NCBI GenBank assembly: GCA_031409655.1
Contig: JANNXQ010000099.1
Location: forward strand, 61,257-125,256
Source: Chthoniobacteraceae bacterium
GTDB lineage: Bacteria; Verrucomicrobiota; Verrucomicrobiia; Chthoniobacterales; Chthoniobacteraceae
Length of the DNA stretch: 64,000 nucleotides
Direction of reading: 5' to 3'
Below the pieces are notes generated by a model. The model was not told where the DNA came from, searched no databases, and was given only the letters and a program-made list of their open reading frames with translations. Positions 36,453 to 43,964 of the stretch are shown here, piece after piece. Each line of letters opens with the position of its first letter. Within the stretch, counting starts at the first letter, position 1. A program made the translations under genes and the position numbers.

Positions 36453-38179
36453 GAGGAGGAATTGCCGAAGGCGTTGTTCAGCGCGGAGAGCTGGCTCTGA
36501 ATCCGCGATTGCGCTTGTTCCATGGTGATGAAGCTCTGCTCGAGCAAGGTCCGCTGCTGGGTGATGCGCCGCTCCATATCCGCGATCTGATTGTCGATGT
36601 CTTTGGATTGCTTGGCATAGGTCGCCGTCTGCAGCGCGATCGAGCCAGTCGTGCCCGTGACCTGCTTGATGAAAACATCGAGGCGCGAGACGACGCCGTC
36701 CGGCTTGGTGCTGAAGAGCGTGCGCACCGCATCCGGTTGATCGCGCAGCGCGGCGTTGAGCTTGTCGCCATCCTTGATCTCGAGCTCGGAGGAGCCGGTT
36801 TTGAAATCGATGCCGATCGCTTCCAGCCGGGTGATCGTGCCGGTGAGCCCTGGGACCGCGGCGAAAATCTTCGAGCGCAACTGCGAAGCCATGTTCGTGA
36901 CCTCCTGGTTGCTCGTGAGCGGCGAGGTCGTGACCTTGCCGTCGCTGCCGGGGATCGAGCGCGTCTGCGCCTCGATGTAACTCTGCACCTCATTGTACGC
37001 TTTGATGAAGTCGTCGATCTTCGCGCGCGCGCCGCTGTTGTCATTGCCCACGAGCACGCTGTCCGTGCCGAGCGTCGTGGCGGTGACCGAGAGGCCGGTG
37101 ATGCCGTGGGCGAGCGTGTCGAGGGTGTTACTCGCGCTGACCTGCGTCGTCCCGCCGTCCACATTGAACTCCGCATTTTTTCCCCGCGTGAGCGTCGCCC
37201 CGCCAGCGAGTCCCAGGGCTCCGAGCAAGCCGCCCGCGCTCTCGCTCACGGAAATGCCGACGTCGCCGGTGTTTTTGTTCGTGAGGGTGAAGCGGTCGTT
37301 GATCCGGTCGTAGGCCGCGGTGACACCGGCGGTGGAGGAGTTGATCCGCGAGAGCACCGTCTGCACGCTGTCGGTGCCGGAGTTGTAGGCGATGTCCACG
37401 CCATTGATGTTGAAGGTGCCATTGCCCGAGCCATCCACGGCGGTGACGGCGGTGCGAAGATTGGCATTGGCGATCGCAGAGGAGGTGCTCACGACGCCGA
37501 GCGCCTTCGGGGCGAGGACAGTGTTCGTGCCGTTGTTGTAGAGCTGGAGCGCGTTTAGGAAATTGCTCGTGTCATTGCCGCTGCCGAGGACGATTTCACC
37601 CGAGCCGCTCAGGCCCACTTTGTCCGTCGCAGGATTGTAGCTCGCGGTCACGGCGCCGCCCGTCGCCGTGGAGATGCGATCGAAGACGGCCTGGAGCGAG
37701 TCCGTGGCCGCCACCGTGATGCGCGCGCCATTCACCGTGAAATCGCCCGCCGTGATCGTGGCGCCGATCGGCAGGGTGCCGACGGTCACGCCGCTCACGT
37801 CGGAAGTCGCGCTCAGCGCCAGGCCGCTGTCGAGCGAGCCCACGCGCTGCGCCTTGGTAGCGAGTTGCGTGACATTGAAAGTGTAGCTGCCGACTTCCGT
37901 ATTCGCAGCGGCGGTCGCCGACCACCCACTAGTCGCGGCACCGAGCGTGGTCTTGCGTGCGGCGAAGATGTCATTCGACTCGCCGGCGAGAGGCTTGATC
38001 GCGGTCTGCAGCGCTTCGAGCCGGGTTTTGAGCGTGGCGAGCGCGTTCGTCTTTTGCGTGCCGAAGGTCTGCTCCGTGCGCAGCCGCGTCTGCGGCGCTC
38101 GCTCCACGGTAATGAGTTGATCGACGAGGCTTTTCCAATCGAAGCCGGAGGCGAGTCCTGAAAGTTGTAAGCCTGGCAT
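36449..38179 (-). CDS. fliD: Flagellar filament capping protein FliD
   Basis: SGLASGFDWKSLVDQLI..ER, G.Y..NVTQLA, G.NAEF.VDG...SASNT...I.G, FIKAYN, L..IGI, C-terminal coiled coil ending F..MEQA.SR..SQ. Confidence 0.93.
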   Translation of the reverse strand: MPGLQLSGLASGFDWKSLVDQLITVERAPQTRLRTEQTFGTQKTNALATLKTRLEALQTAIKPLAGESNDIFAARKTTLGAATSGWSATAAANTEVGSYTFNVTQLATKAQRVGSLDSGLALSATSDVSGVTVGTLPIGATITAGDFTVNGARITVAATDSLQAVFDRISTATGGAVTASYNPATDKVGLSGSGEIVLGSGNDTSNFLNALQLYNNGTNTVLAPKALGVVSTSSAIANANLRTAVTAVDGSGNGTFNINGVDIAYNSGTDSVQTVLSRINSSTAGVTAAYDRINDRFTLTNKNTGDVGISVSESAGGLLGALGLAGGATLTRGKNAEFNVDGGTTQVSASNTLDTLAHGITGLSVTATTLGTDSVLVGNDNSGARAKIDDFIKAYNEVQSYIEAQTRSIPGSDGKVTTSPLTSNQEVTNMASQLRSKIFAAVPGLTGTITRLEAIGIDFKTGSSELEIKDGDKLNAALRDQPDAVRTLFSTKPDGVVSRLDVFIKQVTGTTGSIALQTATYAKQSKDIDNQIADMERRITQQRTLLEQSFITMEQAQSRIQSQLSALNNAFGNSSS

Positions 38180-38239
38180 AGGGTGCGGAGTTGAGACGGT
38201 TCTTTTCGGTTCGAAGTAGCAGAGCCCATGCCGCCGTCC

Positions 38240-38349
38240 CCGGGAGCGCCGCCGTCCCGTGCGGCCGCCAAAGAACCCGCGCGCAGCGCCAAATCAGAAC
38301 GGTGCGGCGCGCGATTTATCCACCCGCCGCCCGGGACGGCGGTGCTCCC
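38240..38349. repeat. REPIN-like element, family A (degenerate copy)
   Basis: CCGGGAGCGCCGCCGTCCCGTGCGGC...GCCGCCCGGGACGGCGGTGCTCCC with inner CGCGCGCAGCGCC. Confidence 0.82.
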
Positions 38350-38352
38350 AAG

Positions 38353-39084
38353 TCAGTACTTCAGGACGCGCTTCAGAAAGCTGCGGCAGAGCTCGCTGGC
38401 CGGCGCGGCGAAGAGCTCGGCCGACGGCGCTTGCTCGACGATCCGGCCTTCCGCCAGGAAAGCGACGCGATCCGCCACGTGCCGCGCAAAGCCCATCTCG
38501 TGCGTCACCAGCACGAAGTCGCGGCCTTCGTCTTTCAACTCGCCGATCACGTCGAGCACCTCCGCCGTCATCTCCGGATCGAGCGCGCTCGTGGGTTCGT
38601 CGAAAAACAACAGTCGCGGCTTGATGGCAATGGCGCGGGCGATGGCCACGCGCTGCTTTTGCCCACCGCTCAGTTCGGCGGGGCGCTTGTGCGCGTGATC
38701 TTCGAGCCGGAAGCGGCGGAGGGCGGCTAGTGCGGTGGCGCGCGCTTCGTCGCGGGAAAGTGCATGCACTTTTTCCAGCGGGAGCGTGATGTTTTCCAGC
38801 GCCGTGAGGTGGGGGAAGAGGTTGAAGGATTGGAAGACGATCCCCAAGGCGCGGGTGTGCTGGCGGAGCGGTTCGTCGCGGAAGTCGATGGCTTGGCCGT
38901 CAAACTCGATCGTGCCAGAGTCCGGCGTCTCGAGCCCCGCGAGAATGCGCAGGAGCGTGGATTTCCCCCCCCCGCTCGGGCCGATGAAGGCCAGGGTGCG
39001 CAGCTCGCCGAAGTCCGCGGTGATCGCATCGAGCACGCGATGCGAGCCGAAGGACTTGGAGACGTTGGAAAGTTGCAGACGCAT
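38353..39084 (-). CDS. Polar amino acid ABC transporter ATP-binding protein
   Basis: GPSGGGKST, FQSFNLFPHL, LSGGQKQRVAIARA, FDEPTSALDPE, VTHEMGFA. Confidence 0.95.
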   Translation of the reverse strand: MRLQLSNVSKSFGSHRVLDAITADFGELRTLAFIGPSGGGKSTLLRILAGLETPDSGTIEFDGQAIDFRDEPLRQHTRALGIVFQSFNLFPHLTALENITLPLEKVHALSRDEARATALAALRRFRLEDHAHKRPAELSGGQKQRVAIARAIAIKPRLLFFDEPTSALDPEMTAEVLDVIGELKDEGRDFVLVTHEMGFARHVADRVAFLAEGRIVEQAPSAELFAAPASELCRSFLKRVLKY

Positions 39085-39095
39085 GGGGGCTTTCG

Positions 39096-39881
39096 TCAGG
39101 TTTCAAAGCGCACGCGCCTTTCCAACCGCTGCGTCCAGATGGAGATCGGCAGGGTCAGGATCAGGTACCCGGCGGCCACCGGGAGGTAGCTTTCGAAAGC
39201 GCTGAAGGTGAAAGAATTCACCTCGCCTGCGGCCTGGGTGAGTTCGGCGATTCCGAGGACCGAGAGGAGCGAAGAGTCCTTCACGATGCTCGCAAACTGC
39301 CCGGCCAGCGGGGGCAGGCTCTGCCGGAGGGCCTGGGGGAAGATCACGAAGCGGTAAGTCTGCGCCCGGGTCAGGCCGATGGCGCGGGCGCTCTCGAGTT
39401 GGGATTTGCCGATCGCCTCGATGCCCGCCCGCAGAATTTCACTGATATAGGCGCCGCTGAAGAGGCTGAGGATCAGCGCGCCTGCGGCGAACCGATGATC
39501 GCGCGAAAGATCCTGCCCGAAGACGTACCAATAGAACCAGATCTGCACGAGCAACGGCGTCCCGCGGGTGATCTCCACCCAGATCCGCGCCGCCTCCTGC
39601 ACTGACAGCCAGGTCGCCCGCCGCGCCAGCGCGAGCAGCAGTCCCAAGGCGCAACTCAACGGCAGCGCCATGGCCGCAATCCCGAGCGTGGCCAGCCACC
39701 CCTTCCAGAAAAGCTGCCGATACTTCCAGACCGGGCTCCACGACCAGTGGTAATCGAGGAGCCAAAACGCTCCGAAACAAACCCCGCTCAGAAGCAGCAG
39801 CGCTAAAAGGAACGACGAATGACGAACGACGGATGACGAAGGACGGATCGCCGCGCTCGCGCCCGCCTTGGCATTGGTCAT
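39096..39881 (-). CDS. Polar amino acid ABC transporter permease (HisM/GlnP-like)
   Basis: RGTPLLVQI, AYISEILRAGI..I.K.Q.ESARAIG, FPQA, KDSSL; the N-terminus overlaps a heptamer repeat, so the start is uncertain. Confidence 0.9.
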   Translation of the reverse strand: MTNAKAGASAAIRPSSSVVRHSSFLLALLLLSGVCFGAFWLLDYHWSWSPVWKYRQLFWKGWLATLGIAAMALPLSCALGLLLALARRATWLSVQEAARIWVEITRGTPLLVQIWFYWYVFGQDLSRDHRFAAGALILSLFSGAYISEILRAGIEAIGKSQLESARAIGLTRAQTYRFVIFPQALRQSLPPLAGQFASIVKDSSLLSVLGIAELTQAAGEVNSFTFSAFESYLPVAAGYLILTLPISIWTQRLERRVRFET

Positions 39882-39897
39882 TTGGCTTTGGTCATTT
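39811..39897. repeat. Degenerate heptamer repeat pair (GACGAAT)n...(TGGTCAT)n
   Basis: GACGAAT/GACGAAC/GACGGAT/GACGAAG tandem, then TTGGCAT/TGGTCAT/TTGGCTT/TGGTCAT. Confidence 0.7.
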
Positions 39898-39900
39898 CTC

Positions 39901-40725
39901 CTACTCCTCGTCCTTCGCGATGGCCTTGTTCAGGTCCTTCGCGAGGACGTGAATCTGTTTGACGTCAGCCAGCTCGATCGGCGTGTTCACGGGCCTGGTG
40001 GTGAGCGCCTTCGCTTCCTTGAGGTTCTTTTCCAGCAGCACGCCGAGTTTGGTCTTCTTAAAATTCGGGTTCAGCGTGCTCACGCGATCGAGGAAGTAGT
40101 CCATGAGTTCCGGCTGCACGAGTCGCCGGGCGCGTTCCGGTGAATAGTCCTCCAGCACCACGCCACTCGTGATTTCAAGCCCGCGCAACCAGCCGCCAAG
40201 CGCGACCAGATGTGCGAGTTCCTCATCTTTCAGATTCATCATCGCCACCTCGACTTCCGCCTGCGCCTTCACGAGTTCCTTCTTCACATCAGCCCAGTCC
40301 TTCTTGAGCGACTTCTCGAGGATGCTCCGGCTGTGTTTGGTCACGTGCTCGGCAACACCCAGCCCTTTCGCGAGGCGCTGAAGGTTACGCCCGACCGGCT
40401 CGATCCGCGACTGCTTCTCCGCGCTCACAGCGAGGAAGCCGTCCGCAATCACGGCGCCAGCAGCGAGCGCCAGCCTTTGGCGGTTCTGCGGGGTACCGTC
40501 TGGGATGTCGCGCCAGACTTTGTCAAAGGGGATGGGCTTCAGGTAGGTGAGTTCCTGAAAGACGAGTTCGATCGAAGGAGCGGTGAACTCGTTGACCCCG
40601 AGCTCCTCGCGAATGTGTTCGATATCCGCTTGCGCGGCGCTCTTCGCGGGCTTCTGCGCGACAGCCTGACAGGCCAGCCCGAGTCCGAGCGCGAGAGGGA
40701 GGCAGCGGCGGAAGAGGGTGTCCAT
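39901..40725 (-). CDS. Hypothetical exported helical protein
   Basis: Signal peptide (RRCLPLALGLGLACQAVA); 274 aa; REELGVNEFTAP, LGGWLRGL; typical codon usage. Confidence 0.78.
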   Translation of the reverse strand: MDTLFRRCLPLALGLGLACQAVAQKPAKSAAQADIEHIREELGVNEFTAPSIELVFQELTYLKPIPFDKVWRDIPDGTPQNRQRLALAAGAVIADGFLAVSAEKQSRIEPVGRNLQRLAKGLGVAEHVTKHSRSILEKSLKKDWADVKKELVKAQAEVEVAMMNLKDEELAHLVALGGWLRGLEITSGVVLEDYSPERARRLVQPELMDYFLDRVSTLNPNFKKTKLGVLLEKNLKEAKALTTRPVNTPIELADVKQIHVLAKDLNKAIAKDEE

Positions 40726-40898
40726 GGCCGCAGACTATCCCGAAAAGACTCCGCCATTGCAGCAGGAAACTTCCCGAAAATGCAGGGCGCTGTCCGCCCG
40801 CGAGGGCCCTTCCCCACAGGTATTTTCCCTCTTGACCCGAAGTCTTTCGCCGCCATCATTCGCCGCTTGATTCCGCCGGCTACGGCTCAACTTTTATT

Positions 40899-42395
40899 AT
40901 GTCAGGAACTTTGGGAAATTCTATTTGGACAATCTGTTACTGCGTCGTCCTGCTCGGACTCTCCCTTTATGGCCTGCATCGGTACGTCATCGTTTACCTC
41001 TTCCTGAAAAACCGTCGGAATGTGCCGAAGCCGATCGCCAGCTTCTCCAAGCTGCCGCCGATCACGGTCCAACTGCCGATCTACAACGAGCTCTACGTCG
41101 TCGAGCGGCTGCTCACGGCCGTCGCGGCCATCGAGTATCCGCGGGAGCTTCTCCAGGTGCAGGTGCTGGACGATTCCACGGATGAAACGACCGAGATCGC
41201 GGCCAAGCAGGTGGCCGAATTGCGGGCCGCGGGGCTCGATATCGAACTCGTGCATCGCACCGACCGCTCGGGTTTCAAAGCCGGGGCGCTCGAAAATGGG
41301 CTGAAGACCTGCAAGGGCGAGTTCATCCTGATCCTCGATGCGGATTTCGTCCCGACGACGGACATCCTGATGCGGACGATCCACTTCTTCACCGATCCGA
41401 AGATCGGGATGATCCAGACCCGATGGGGCCATCTGAACCGAACGTACTCTCTCCTCACTCGATTGCAGGCGATGTTCCTGGACGGGCATCTCCTGCTGGA
41501 ACAAACCGCCCGCAGCCGCAGTGGGCGGTTTTTTAATTTCAATGGAACCGCCGGCCTATGGCGGCGCACCTCCATCGAATGCGCCGGTGGCTGGCAGCAC
41601 GATACCCTCACCGAGGATCTCGACCTGAGTTACCGTGCGCAGCTCAAAGGCTGGCGTTTCATCTTCATGCCGGATCTCGTCACCCCGGCGGAGTTGCCGG
41701 TGGACATGAATGGCTTCAAATCCCAGCAGCACCGCTGGACCAAGGGTTCGATCCAAACCTGCATCAAGCTGCTGCCCAAGGTCTGGCGCGCGGAGCTGCC
41801 GTGGTTGGTGAAGTTTGAGGCGACGATGCACCTCACCTCGAACTACGCCTACCTGCTCCTCTTTTTCCTGTGCATCCTCATGCATCCGAGCACCGGTGGC
41901 GGTGAATTCAGCGCCGTCCGCTTCTGGCTCGTCGATATCCCCATCTACCTCTCCGCGTCGATGCCGGCCTGCATCTTCTACATGTGTACCCAGCGCGAAC
42001 TCAACCCGCGCTCTTGGTGGAAAGACTTCCTGCTTCTGCCCATGGTCCTCGCGCTTGGCATCGGGCTGGCGATCAATAATGCGCGGGCGGTGCTCGAAGC
42101 GCTCCTCGGACATCAGTCGGAATTCACGCGGACTCCGAAGTATGGCATCCAAAAGCCCGGCCAGCCTTGGCGCGGGGCCCAGTACATCCCGATCAAGAAT
42201 ATCCTGCCGCTCATCGAACTCGCCTTCGCGCTCTACTTCTTCTACCTGCTCAGCTACGCGGTCGCCTACGAGCAATGGTTGAACGCGGCCTTCCTCGGCC
42301 TTTTCCTCACCGGTTTTGCCTACGTCGCAGTCTGTTCGATCGCGCAGTGGGTCCCTGCAGGCCGGGTTGGGACGCGAGATCCTTTGCCCGCTTGA
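40899..42395 (+). CDS. Processive GT2 glycan synthase (CesA/Csl-like)
   Basis: VQLPIYNE, QVLDDSTD, GFKAGAL, LDADF, FNGTAG, TEDLD, QQHRW; N- and C-terminal TM helices; F.RTPK. Confidence 0.92.
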   Translation: MSGTLGNSIWTICYCVVLLGLSLYGLHRYVIVYLFLKNRRNVPKPIASFSKLPPITVQLPIYNELYVVERLLTAVAAIEYPRELLQVQVLDDSTDETTEIAAKQVAELRAAGLDIELVHRTDRSGFKAGALENGLKTCKGEFILILDADFVPTTDILMRTIHFFTDPKIGMIQTRWGHLNRTYSLLTRLQAMFLDGHLLLEQTARSRSGRFFNFNGTAGLWRRTSIECAGGWQHDTLTEDLDLSYRAQLKGWRFIFMPDLVTPAELPVDMNGFKSQQHRWTKGSIQTCIKLLPKVWRAELPWLVKFEATMHLTSNYAYLLLFFLCILMHPSTGGGEFSAVRFWLVDIPIYLSASMPACIFYMCTQRELNPRSWWKDFLLLPMVLALGIGLAINNARAVLEALLGHQSEFTRTPKYGIQKPGQPWRGAQYIPIKNILPLIELAFALYFFYLLSYAVAYEQWLNAAFLGLFLTGFAYVAVCSIAQWVPAGRVGTRDPLPA

Positions 42396-42459
42396 AATGA
42401 GAAAACATTCTCAGATTCGCGTGGCAAATTCCCAATTTTTCGGGACTCGAAAAAATGGT

Positions 42460-42487
42460 TAAAGCGCCGGACCGGCCCGTCCGATCT
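42460..42487 (+). promoter_or_regulatory. Possible sigma28-type promoter
   Basis: TAAA-N16-TCCGATCT; same spacing and TAAAG...CCGATC core as the site at 35754-35781. Confidence 0.4.
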
Positions 42488-42569
42488 ACCTTCCTCGTTT
42501 TTCGTATTTCCCTGCGGAAATGCGTTGTTTTACGTTTTTCTTCTGGCGAATCGGCCGCTTTGGCACCGG

Positions 42570-42585
42570 TGGCACCGGCGTTGCT
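42570..42585 (+). promoter_or_regulatory. Sigma54 (-24/-12) promoter
   Basis: TGGCAC-CGGCG-TTGCT, 12 nt before the ATG at 42598. Confidence 0.8.
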
Positions 42586-42597
42586 AAACCTGGTTTC

Positions 42598-43167
42598 ATG
42601 AAATTCGTCCGCCGCGTCTCCAACTGCTTCGCAGCAATGATTCTTGCCCTTTCGCTCCCGCCGACGGCGTCGGCGTCAACCGCGATCGTCGTCAGTATTC
42701 CTGAGCAGCGAATGATGATTTTCGAGAACGGGCTACGCGTTGCGCAGTTCCCCGTTTCCACGTCGAAGTTTGGCGTCGGTGACCGCCCGCGCAGCTACGC
42801 CACTCCACTCGGGACGCTGGAGATCGCCTCGAAGACCGGTGCCGGTGCGCCCCTCGGTGCCGTCTTTAAGGGGAAGCGCCCGACCGGCGAGGTCCTGCGC
42901 GCGAACGCCCGAGGTCGCGACCCGATCGTCACGCGCATCCTGCATCTGCGCGGTCTTGATCGGGGAAACTCCAAAGCCTACGGCCGCGGCATTTACATCC
43001 ACGGCACGGCGGAAGAGCGGACCATCGGCCACCCCGCCAGCTACGGCTGCATCCGCATGAAATCGAAGGACGTCGTCCGAGTCTTCGATCGCGTCCCAGT
43101 TGGCACGAAGGTCGAGATCGTGAACGTCTCTCTCAACCGCGCGCTCAACGAGTTCGCGATGAATTGA
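42598..43167 (+). CDS. L,D-transpeptidase (YkuD), exported
   Basis: Signal peptide; FPVSTSKFG, TPLG, RGIYIHGT..E..IGHPASYGCIRM. Confidence 0.92.
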   Translation: MKFVRRVSNCFAAMILALSLPPTASASTAIVVSIPEQRMMIFENGLRVAQFPVSTSKFGVGDRPRSYATPLGTLEIASKTGAGAPLGAVFKGKRPTGEVLRANARGRDPIVTRILHLRGLDRGNSKAYGRGIYIHGTAEERTIGHPASYGCIRMKSKDVVRVFDRVPVGTKVEIVNVSLNRALNEFAMN

Positions 43168-43193
43168 GGGTGGAGGCATCGGAGGGATCCGAA

Positions 43194-43392
43194 GGGGAGC
43201 GCACGCGGCCTGCGTGTTGGTTTCGGCGGCCCCCCGAAACGAACTTCCCCGGCTATCGAAACCTTGCGGAGACTTCTCTTTTCGAAGAACGCGGCGGGTC
43301 GTGGTCCGCGCCGAGTTTGTGTCCAAAAGGAAGCGTTTGGAAACGTCCTTTCCGGTTGGCGCCGAAACCAACGCGCGCGACGCGCATTTTCC
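43194..43392. repeat. REPIN-like element, family B (second copy)
   Basis: GGGGAGCGCACGCG...GTGTTGGTTTCGGCG...CCGAAACGAACTT and the inverted arm GCGCCGAAACCAACGCGCGCGACGCG. Confidence 0.82.
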
Positions 43393-43836
43393 GCGGTAAC
43401 TTCCACCGCTTGGGATGGGTTTCGAGTTTGGCAAAAGCTGCCGACTGGCCCCCGCCCGGAAACTGTCTTTGCCTCATGAAAGGTAACCTCGGCCATCCGG
43501 TCGTCGTCGTGCAATCGATCATGGGAGGTGACCAAAGGAAGTGGAATTTCAGGTAGGAAATTTGGAGTATGTGCGTCGTCCTAGGCTCCGGGCGCGGGTG
43601 TTCCATTGAGCGAAAGTTCCCGGATTTCTCGCGTCCGAGTCGCTCTTGGATCATCGGGAGATCGTAGCAAAGGGTGTCTTGAGCACGGAAATTCCAAAAA
43701 CAAGCCCTTGCTGCGTCCTTTCCGGAACGAAATCTTTATCTCAAGCATCTCCGCGTCGGAGCATTTCATGGCGAACAAAATCGGAAGTTCTTCGCAGGAA
43801 ATTTTTGCCGTTCAGCGACCGAAAATTCTTGCCTGC

Positions 43837-43884
43837 ACCGGCCATATTGTGGCCTAATTCTAACTCGCACCCAATATGTTGTGG
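43837..43884 (+). promoter_or_regulatory. Tandem NrdR boxes
   Basis: ACCCAATATGTTGTGG (43869-43884) and weaker ACCGGCCATATTGTGG (43837-43852), 32 bp apart, upstream of a ribonucleotide reductase gene. Confidence 0.75.
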
Positions 43885-43950
43885 TTGTTGGCGGATATTC
43901 GCTGCAAATCCACAGGTTATTGAGGGCCTTCTGGACTGCCTCTTCACACG

Positions 43951-43959
43951 TTATTCACA
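43951..43959 (+). promoter_or_regulatory. DnaA box
   Basis: TTATTCACA matches TTWTNCACA and lies 5 nt before the nrdJ ATG. Confidence 0.45.
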
Positions 43960-43964
43960 TTGCC

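Noticed and set aside
38180..38240. Sigma28 promoter for fliD
   Set aside because: A -10-like ACCGAAAA is present on the minus strand, but there is no TAAA at the right spacing.
43400..43960. Replication origin or cobalamin riboswitch upstream of nrdJ
   Set aside because: Only one good DnaA box, no dnaA/dnaN nearby, and no recognisable B12-box elements.
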